From a virus, in the IMG/VR virus record IMGVR_UViG_3300045988_138376: DNA of 64,000 nt; one strand, 5' to 3'. Under the pieces are notes generated by a model. The model made no database searches, was not told where the DNA came from, and saw only the letters and a list, made by a program, of their open reading frames with translations. How positions within the stretch are numbered: the first letter of the stretch is position 1; every line of letters starts with the position of its first letter. Shown piece by piece: positions 25,383 through 32,900 of this stretch. Both the position numbers and the translations under genes were made by a program.

Positions 25383-26105
25383 ATGGGAGAATTAGTATTT
25401 AAAGGAGAATCGAATCAAGTTTTAACGAACAGTCTGTTAGTGGCTGAGAAGTTTGGGAAAGAACACAAAAGAGTAATGCAGGATATTAGAGAATTAAAAT
25501 GTAGTAATAAATTTAAACAGCACAATTTCGTGCTTTCCTCTTATAAGAGTGAACAGAATCGAGAATTGCCTATGTATGTGATGAATAAAGACGGATTTAC
25601 TCTTTTAGTTATGGGGTATACTGGTGAAACAGCTATGAAATTTAAGGAGGAATACATTAAGGCTTTCAATGAAATGGAGGAGATTATAAAAAATGGGAAC
25701 TATTGTGTGCCTAAATCATTCCGTGAAGCTCTTTTACTTGCAGCCGAACAGCAGGCTCAGATTGAACAACAGCAAATGCGTATTGAAGAGATGAAACCAA
25801 AAGAAGAGTTTTTTGATCAAGTAACAGATAGTAAGGACGCATGTGATATGGCAACAGTAGCTAAAGTACTAAACATGGGAGTTGGTAGAAATAAACTATT
25901 TGAGATATTGCGGGATAAGAAAGTCCTCCAAGAGAGAAACGCACCATACCAGTCTTACATAGATAGAGGATGGTTTAGAGTCATAGAAAGCAAATACACC
26001 AAGCCCAATGGAGACATGTGTGTAAACTACAAAACCATAGTTTATCAAAAAGGCATAGATGGTATCAGAAAGCTATTATCAGAACTAAAGAATGCTGGGG
26101 AGTAA
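25383..26105 (+). CDS. Rha-family regulatory protein / antirepressor
   Basis: 'LLVAEKFGKEHKRVMQDIREL...VMNKDGFTLLVMGY'. The C-domain 'MKPKEEFFDQVTDSKDACDMATVAKVLNMGVGRNKLF' is paralogous to the C-domain of ORF 62603. The ATG at 25383 is preferred over the GTG at 25344. Confidence 0.8.
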   Translation: MGELVFKGESNQVLTNSLLVAEKFGKEHKRVMQDIRELKCSNKFKQHNFVLSSYKSEQNRELPMYVMNKDGFTLLVMGYTGETAMKFKEEYIKAFNEMEEIIKNGNYCVPKSFREALLLAAEQQAQIEQQQMRIEEMKPKEEFFDQVTDSKDACDMATVAKVLNMGVGRNKLFEILRDKKVLQERNAPYQSYIDRGWFRVIESKYTKPNGDMCVNYKTIVYQKGIDGIRKLLSELKNAGE

Positions 26106-26111
26106 TACTCC

Positions 26112-26285
26112 CTATTCTTTTAATCTTTTTAATTCCTCAATTCTAAACAGAAGTAAGCCTTTTATCTTTTCAAATTCAAACTGTGGCATTTCGCACATTA
26201 ATTGATTTATAACAAAATCTATTTCGTACTTCTTGCGTAAAATCGCAAGCTTTACAGCATCATATTTTATTCTTTTTGTTTTCAT
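26112..26285 (-). CDS. hypothetical small protein (57 aa, below track cutoff)
   Basis: Hand translation MKTKRIKYDAVKLAILRKKYEIDFVINQLMCEMPQFEFEKIKGLLLFRIEELKRLKE. Packed behind the next ORF. Confidence 0.4.
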   Translation of the reverse strand: MKTKRIKYDAVKLAILRKKYEIDFVINQLMCEMPQFEFEKIKGLLLFRIEELKRLKE

Positions 26286-26291
26286 AGGCTA

Positions 26292-26453
26292 TCATCTTTC
26301 AGACTTCAAAAGTTGCTCTATTTTCTCTTCTGTAAATCCAAATTGCTTAGCAAATTTCATAAAAGACTTCTTTTGCTTTTCGGGAATAAGTGCAAACATA
26401 GAGTTGATAGGTTTATCACTCTGTAATGCTTTCTTGAAATCTTTGTTTTTCAT
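26292..26453 (-). CDS. hypothetical small protein (53 aa, below track cutoff)
   Basis: Hand translation MKNKDFKKALQSDKPINSMFALIPEKQKKSFMKFAKQFGFTEEKIEQLLKSER. It starts 5 nt after the upstream stop. Confidence 0.4.
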   Translation of the reverse strand: MKNKDFKKALQSDKPINSMFALIPEKQKKSFMKFAKQFGFTEEKIEQLLKSER

Positions 26454-26457
26454 ATTA

Positions 26458-26871
26458 TCATTTCTTTATTCTACAACAATCACATAAATATTTCTTTGCC
26501 GAATCCCATGTCTTATCTATGATGTAATCACCTAAATATTGTATTTCCTCGCCATGAGGGCTTATATCATAAGTAAGGCATATATGGTCTGCTAAGTGTC
26601 CTGATTCATGAGACCAAGTTTTTTCAAACTCTTTTGCACTGCTCGTTCTACCTATAACAATTACACTTTTATGCGCTAAGTGATTAGAAAATGTGAGTCC
26701 GTTATTATATCCACATGTAGTTAGATTTTTATAAGCTCTTTTAAGAGACTCCTCTCCACATTCGATATATTCTAATTCCTCTATTACATCTTCAAAATAT
26801 TTGCAAGTATAATCATAAAAGATAGTGACAGTCCAATCGTATTTATATAAATATATTGTTTCTATTTCCAT
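26458..26871 (-). CDS. putative small zinc metallopeptidase (HExxH)
   Basis: 'WSHESGHLADH' near the C-terminus. 137 aa. Confidence 0.5.
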   Translation of the reverse strand: MEIETIYLYKYDWTVTIFYDYTCKYFEDVIEELEYIECGEESLKRAYKNLTTCGYNNGLTFSNHLAHKSVIVIGRTSSAKEFEKTWSHESGHLADHICLTYDISPHGEEIQYLGDYIIDKTWDSAKKYLCDCCRIKK

Positions 26872-26905
26872 AATATTTAAAAAGGCACATTTTAAGTGCC
26901 TAAAA

Positions 26906-27316
26906 TTAAAGCATATCTTCCCAATTAATGGCTATTCCAAAACCATACATGTCTGCTAAAAAGTGCCTAAAAGCTTTTTCTGTAGATGGATAATCAGGGT
27001 CATCAATATACGCTTTAATAAATTTAGCCAGCTGATCTTCGGAGCTTATTACTGTACCCCAATAATCTGCTTTAGCCATGTGTAGAACATACAACCCATT
27101 ATAACCATTATCTTTTTCAAGTTCAATGCCATACAGTTTAAGCAATTCATCATACTTTTCTTTCGGTATTGGTGTGATTTTCCCTTCTTTAGTTTTCATC
27201 ATAGATACTGCAAAATCACACATTTTTTTAGAAAAGTTGAATCCATAATTTTGTAGATAAATCCGCATATCTTCCGGGATATTATCATATAAATCAAAAC
27301 TTGCTCCTTTTTTCAT
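26906..27316 (-). CDS. hypothetical protein
   Basis: 136-aa ORF with well-mixed composition. Confidence 0.6.
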   Translation of the reverse strand: MKKGASFDLYDNIPEDMRIYLQNYGFNFSKKMCDFAVSMMKTKEGKITPIPKEKYDELLKLYGIELEKDNGYNGLYVLHMAKADYWGTVISSEDQLAKFIKAYIDDPDYPSTEKAFRHFLADMYGFGIAINWEDML

Positions 27317-27362
27317 ATCTTTTAGTATTAAAGGGGGACTATTATATCCCCCTTAGTTTATA

Positions 27363-27497
27363 TTAGCGACGACGACGACCACGACCAGAGCCTCTTACAC
27401 CTCTGCGCTCTCCCATCATTTCGTCATCATCGTATTCATCGTATCTATTCCCGTAAGAACCACCACGACTACCACCACCATAAGAACCATGAGCCAT
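27363..27497 (-). CDS. Gly/Arg-rich ORF (44 aa), possibly the frameshifted continuation of 27469-27654
   Basis: Hand translation MAHGSYGGGSRGGSYGNRYDEYDDDEMMGERRGVRGSGRGRRRR. It overlaps the upstream ORF by 29 nt in the +1 frame. Confidence 0.3.
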   Translation of the reverse strand: MAHGSYGGGSRGGSYGNRYDEYDDDEMMGERRGVRGSGRGRRRR

Positions 27498-27654
27498 CTC
27501 CGCCAAACCCGTTTCCATTTCCTTTGCTATTCAAAGCCATTAACAAGTTAGGGTCAATACCTTTCTGCTGCAAAAGTGGAGCAAGCATAGCCATCATTCC
27601 ACTTCCGCTTCCACTCCCTACATCAGGAGTATAAACAACTGTTTTTGATTCCAT
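27469..27654 (-). CDS. Gly-rich small protein
   Basis: 61 aa: 'MESKTVVYTPDVGSGSGSGMMAMLAPLLQQKGIDPNLLMALNSKGNGNGFGGDG...'. Confidence 0.45.
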   Translation of the reverse strand: MESKTVVYTPDVGSGSGSGMMAMLAPLLQQKGIDPNLLMALNSKGNGNGFGGDGSWFLWWW

Positions 27655-27812
27655 AAAAAATACATTTAATATAGTCCGACATTGAACTATGTCCTGAATA
27701 AACTAAAAATAATGGAATCAAACTACACAGTATTTTTATATTTTTCGAGCGTTGTGTTTCAGCGTATTATGATATATTATAGAATATATTTGGTGGATAG
27801 TGATAAAACCAT

Positions 27813-27820
27813 TACATTTG
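27813..27820 (+). promoter_or_regulatory. -7 promoter box TACATTTG
   Basis: Lies 18 nt upstream of the ATG at 27839, which argues against the track start at 27800. Confidence 0.45.
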
Positions 27821-27838
27821 TGCCATATAATTATCACT

Positions 27839-28183
27839 ATGACGCTAACAGCAGAACAACAACATAAAGTCGATCAGATAGCCAACGAAGTATATAAATA
27901 TTTCGGAGTTGTAGAGCAAGATATAATTAATCATAATATGAAAGAAAAGCCTTCTACTGCTCGGTATTTTCTTTATTATATATTGCATTATAGCTTAGGC
28001 TTATCTTCGTCAACAATTGCTAATATGTATTTTAGAGCACCACGATGTGTTAAACGTGGTGTTGCTAAAATAAAATTGGGAGTAGTAAGACACAAGTATT
28101 ACAATGCTATTTATGCCGACTTGATGGGAAAAATACAGCCTTTGATCCCCGAAGATATTGATAGATTTCTAAATAAATCATAA
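27839..28183 (+). CDS. DnaA domain-IV-like HTH protein
   Basis: 'KEKPSTARYFLYYILHYSLGLSSSTIANMYFRAPRCVKRGVAKI' resembles the DnaA C-terminal DNA-binding domain pattern. Confidence 0.5.
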   Translation: MTLTAEQQHKVDQIANEVYKYFGVVEQDIINHNMKEKPSTARYFLYYILHYSLGLSSSTIANMYFRAPRCVKRGVAKIKLGVVRHKYYNAIYADLMGKIQPLIPEDIDRFLNKS

Positions 28184-28212
28184 AATGTTTTGTTGTTAAA
28201 AAAACAAATAAG

Positions 28213-28220
28213 TATCTTTG
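28213..28220 (+). promoter_or_regulatory. -7 promoter box TATCTTTG
   Basis: Intergenic, 11 nt upstream of the first inverted-repeat arm. Confidence 0.45.
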
Positions 28221-28231
28221 CGATGTAACAA

Positions 28232-28353
28232 GAGTGGAAATCTTAGACACGTGTGAAGAAATTAATAGCCAAGTGTGGCTTTTATATAAAGCCTGTAAGC
28301 AATTGTTAATTTAGAATGTGTCTAAGATTTCCACTCAAAAGCTTACAGGCTTT
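28232..28353. repeat. two interleaved perfect inverted repeats (19 bp and 13 bp)
   Basis: a=GAGTGGAAATCTTAGACAC (28232-28250) pairs with a' (28318-28336). b=AAAGCCTGTAAGC (28288-28300) pairs with b' (28341-28353). The order is a-b-a'-b'. Confidence 0.9.
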
Positions 28354-28745
28354 CTTGTGTAAAAAAACAAGATGATTGCACTAATCAGCCTTAAAATGGA
28401 TGTTCATTATCTCCGTACATTGTGCATCGCCCTCCAAGGCGAAAAAAGGGATAACACTACAATCAGATGTTTTTTCATGTTGGGAAAGTGAAGGGCAACG
28501 TTGAACCTTGCGACCCTTCGACCTCACGCCAAAAACAAAAACTAACATGAAAAGGCAAACGAAAAAAAGTAGATATAAGCAGAGGTGTTTATATGCGAGG
28601 GATACGGGAGTGCTGATTGTGTATGTAGGTTTTTGGAGTAAACCGAAAATATTCTTCTTACTGCTAACTGCTATATATATAATGTACAGTGTAGGTGTGA
28701 GGGATATAAAAGGTATACTATATATTAATTCTAAATTAACAACTA

Positions 28746-29438
28746 ATGAACGACTTGAAATTAAACAAGGAAGTAATGACTTCGAGAGAGATTGCGGATC
28801 TGACGGGGAAGGAACACAAAAACGTAATGCAAGATATTAGAAATCTTGTTGCCCAACTGCCAGAAAAAGATAGGCTGAATTTTCAGCTCACCTCTTATAC
28901 AGATTCTCAAAATAGGGGGAAGCCTATGTATCAACTTTCCAAGAAAGGTTGTTTGTGCCTTGCTTCGGGTTACAGAGCAGACTTGCGTATGGCAATCATA
29001 AACAGATGGGAAGAGCTCGAAAAAGAAAAGCGTTCCGGAAACTTTGTCATCCCGTCTACATTTAGCGAGGCCTTAATGTTGGCTGCAAAACAAGCCGAGG
29101 AAATAGAAAAGCAACAAAAACAGATTGAGTGTATGAAGCCTAAAGCCGAGTATTTCAATGGGCTTGTCGAGAGAGGGAATAATCTTAATTTTAGAGATAC
29201 AGCAAAGTTACTTGGGGTTAAAGAAAAAACTTTCATTTATATTTTAATTGATAAAGGGTATATTTATCGTGATACAAAAGGGAAACTAAAACCGATAGCC
29301 AAATATGTAGGTAGATACTTCGAGTTGAAGGAATGGGTCACCAATGATAAATCTGGAACGCAAACTCTTATTACGGTGACAGGAAGAGAAAAGTTCGCCA
29401 GCATAATTAAGGAATACATTTCAGAGAGTTTAAATTGA
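28746..29438 (+). CDS. Rha-family regulatory protein / antirepressor (chimeric paralogue)
   Basis: The N-domain resembles ORF 194-895 ('GKEHKNVMQDIRNL...LSKKGCLCLASGY...IINRWEELEKEKRS'). The C-domain resembles ORF 11140. Confidence 0.8.
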   Translation: MNDLKLNKEVMTSREIADLTGKEHKNVMQDIRNLVAQLPEKDRLNFQLTSYTDSQNRGKPMYQLSKKGCLCLASGYRADLRMAIINRWEELEKEKRSGNFVIPSTFSEALMLAAKQAEEIEKQQKQIECMKPKAEYFNGLVERGNNLNFRDTAKLLGVKEKTFIYILIDKGYIYRDTKGKLKPIAKYVGRYFELKEWVTNDKSGTQTLITVTGREKFASIIKEYISESLN

Positions 29439-29464
29439 ACCATTATTTAATAAAACCAATAAAA

Positions 29465-29842
29465 ATGAAAAAGAACATTCTATTTTTAGTATTAGCATTA
29501 ATGCTTGCATTTTCTTCTTGTTCTAAAGGAGAAGATAGTCATAACGATTTCCTTCTTGAAAACACAACATGGTTGTGCATCGAGAATCAAATCACCATGC
29601 AATTTACTTCTGCAAAAGATGTAAAAGTCGAATCAGATTTATGGGCTGACCGCTATGGAACTTATATTCAAAACGAAAAGTCTATTAAATTCTTTGATCT
29701 ATGGGCATTTATTTCGATTACTCCTTATGACTTCAAATCGGCTACCTTGTCAGATTACGGAACCAACATGAAGGTGAAATGCGTAGATAAAAACAACGGA
29801 GAAGAAAAAGAGTTAACTTTTGTGAAAGAAGTATCTAAATAA
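29465..29842 (+). CDS. lipoprotein (moron; possible superinfection-exclusion function)
   Basis: 'MKKNILFLVLALMLAFSSCSKGED' is a signal peptide plus lipobox Cys. Start taken at ATG 29465. Confidence 0.75.
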   Translation: MKKNILFLVLALMLAFSSCSKGEDSHNDFLLENTTWLCIENQITMQFTSAKDVKVESDLWADRYGTYIQNEKSIKFFDLWAFISITPYDFKSATLSDYGTNMKVKCVDKNNGEEKELTFVKEVSK

Positions 29843-29854
29843 CATTCCTTTTAC

Positions 29855-29862
29855 TATCTTTG
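29855..29862 (+). promoter_or_regulatory. possible -7 box TATCTTTG
   Basis: Lies 13 nt after the lipoprotein stop and faces the terminator at 29951. Confidence 0.3.
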
Positions 29863-29950
29863 TAAACAAGAAATAGCAGCAACTTTAATTTCTTAACTCA
29901 TATCATTTATTTTAAGTGTTTTTCATATAATATAGATTTAAAGGGTTTGT

Positions 29951-29989
29951 CCCCAAGAGTATGTGAATATTCTTGGGGATGTTTTTTTT
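29951..29989. terminator. bidirectional rho-independent terminator
   Basis: 8-bp stem CCCCAAGA/TCTTGGGG followed by T8, located between convergent genes. Confidence 0.7.
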
Positions 29990-32900
29990 ATAGTACAGTT
30001 TTTATGCTATATCCTCCAACTGAATTGTTACCTCCAGCTGTAATAACACTTTCCAATTTGCTATTTATATCTCTTAATACTCTTGTTTGTGCGACTAATT
30101 CTCCTAATAATGGATTAGCCTCAACATCAAAGCTACCGATAGCAGAAAGAGTTTTTAATTGTACGTTTGAATCAGCTACGAAGAATCGCATGGAGTTTAA
30201 AAGTGCTTCAAGAGCTTGCGCTGTTTCTTCTGTAATACCTTTTATACCTGCATTCAAACCAGATAGCTCTTGATTGTTCCCTCCTGGCAAAACACCTAAG
30301 TTTTCTACGATGGATTTATACAATGCGTCTAAAGCTCCTTTGGTATCCGTATTAAATTTATCCATGATTCCAGAAAGTTCATCCTTAGTTAAGATGCTAT
30401 CTTTAACTGCTTCGTCAATCATTCCCAATAGGGGTTTTAATATGGTCTCAGTTCCTCTAAACAACAATTGCTTTTTAACAACATTATCCATAAAGTCTTG
30501 GAATGTAGTTTCCAACCCTTTCATTCCATCCCCTGTTTCTTTGAAGGCTTCATACCAAGCATTAGCAAATTCTTGTGCGGCAGATTTAAAGTTTTCTTCC
30601 GTTCCGAATCCTCCCATTTCTGCTAAAGCTTCTTCTTTTAATTGCAGTTGCAAATCGTGCAACTTTTCAATTTCTCCTTGCCATTCCTTTATTCGCTTCT
30701 TGTCGGTTTTCTTTTTCGCATCTTCGGCAGCTATCATCTGTTCGTATGACTTTATTTGGGCTTTTACGTTTTCTTGGGCAAGTCTATTTGATTCTTGAAA
30801 TGTGTCTACAGAATAAGCTGCTTCTATTGACTTTTCAAGCTTTTTGTACGCCTTATCCAGATTCTCAATCTTTTCTATTTCCCTCTGTATTTGACGTTCC
30901 TTCTTTTTATCACCAATATTAAAGAAAGCTCCAATTGTTTTTGCCAAACCAGTAATACCTTGCAGGTACCCGCCAATATCAGCAGGATTAACCATAACCC
31001 TTGCGACACCCGCCGCTGTATCTCCGACACCCGATAATATTTCTTGGAGAGAACCGATTGAATCAGCAGCTTTAGCATCCATCTTGCCAAAGACATTTTC
31101 CATTGAAGTAGCTACATCAGAGATAGTTTGTCCTACTTCATCGGCATATCTACCGATTAATAATAATACAGCTTGAAGTTTATCTTTTAATGTTTCGCCA
31201 TATTTTATTTGCTTTATTAAGGCTTTTACAACTTCGCCTTGACTTTTTACATTGTTATTTGCAATGTCCAATGCTTGCTGTGCAATCCTTAAATTTTCCT
31301 TGGCTAAATTAGCTTCTTTAGAATTAATCCCGTATTTTTTAACTGCAACATCATATTGCTTTTGAGCAGAAATAACGTTATTCTCTGCTAATGTTTGCTG
31401 CTGTTTATATTGCTCTAAGGTTTTTGATTCATCTGTATATTCAGCCTCCAAATTCTTTTTTTCTTTTAAGTAGCCGATATACTCTTTTATATTAGGCAAT
31501 AGATCCTTAAACGGATTTCGCTTCTCTATTTGTTCGTCAATCTTTTGCATTTGAGAAGTTATCTCCTTTAATTCGGTTGGAGACAAATCTTTTAAATACT
31601 CTTTCAACGAAATCAATTTAGCTTTCATCTGCTCTAATACGGAAGAAGATACTCTATCAAGATCTTCAAACATCGTAATATAAAGATCGCTTTCTTTGAA
31701 TTCGGCAAAAGATTGCTTATCTAATTTCTGCCTTGTTTCTTTCTGTATGTCCTTTTTAATCTGTTCCTTCTGTGGTTTTGTAAATTCAGAAGGGATTTCT
31801 GCTATCTTCTTCTGCGCTTCAAGCTCAATCTTGATACGCTCCGACATGGATTTTTTCAGATATTGAGAATAATCCTTTAATCGTTCTTGCAAGGATGCTT
31901 TTTCTGCGGCAGTTATTTTATCCGATGCTTCGTTATATGCTTTTAATTGCTCCTCGCTCAATGCCTTTATATCAGGATAGAGAGATTTCAGTTTTGCCTT
32001 AATATCATCAAGCGTAAATGTATCAATTCCAAATAACTGGCTAATTAAATCTTTATCAAGACCTAACTTCCCTAATTCCACAGTTAATTCATAACCAGTA
32101 AAAAGCCCCTCTATTTCTTTTCTTGTCCTTTCTACGTCTTTTGCTCTTACATCTATTTCAACGTCACCCTTCAAATCAGCAATGGCTTTTTCAAGCGTCA
32201 AGCGCATTTTGGGAGAAACAGAAGACATAAGTGATTCTAATCCTGCTATAATTCCGCTTGGATCAAAATTCATCGTTGTAATCAAATTCCCTAATCCAGC
32301 TTCTTTAAAAGAATCCGTATAGTCTTTTCGAGTTTTCTCTAAAGCTTCGGCTTTACTATAATATTTTAGATTTTTCTGGTATTCTTGCCCAACTTTCTTT
32401 AAAAGATCTATTTGCTGTTGTAACGTTTTGTTTCTTTCATTTTCTCCTTTATTCGATTTAGGCATTTCGCCAAATGCTGACAATATCTGAGTGAGCTGCT
32501 TAACTCTCTCTTTATTGTATTTAAGAGCTTCTTCATTGGTCATCGAAGCATTTAATTGCTCTGTTGCTACATTTAATTTTTCTACATTAGATTGCGAGTC
32601 TTTCAGTTCGGCTTTTAGCTTATCAAAATAATCTTTAGTTCCTTGATCTGGTTTTATAATATCAAGTTCAAGCTTATGATCTTCTACATATTTTTTAAGT
32701 CGAGCTTGCATCCCTTGATATTGATTTATAATAGGTTTAGATGCTATTTCTACTCCAAACTTAACTGTAAATTCCTGAGATACAAATTTTCTTGTTTCCT
32801 CGTCAGCTATATTTATAGAATTAATATAATCTCTAAGAGTTTCTTGTGCCGCTTTTCTCCCCTCTTCTGTAGCAATATTATAAGTCTTCTTAAAATCCGT

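Noticed and set aside
26233-26487. 84-aa plus-strand ORF between the Rha gene and the leftward cassette.
   Set aside because: It is hydrophobic and low-complexity, and it is antisense to two compact, start/stop-coupled minus-strand ORFs that continue the cassette.
28508-28840. 110-aa ORF (non-ATG start) in the Rha leader that overlaps the Rha start by 95 nt.
   Set aside because: It overlaps a well-supported gene in another frame. Only the internal part from ATG 28547 looks like a possible small basic/TM peptide, and that is not supportable from sequence alone.
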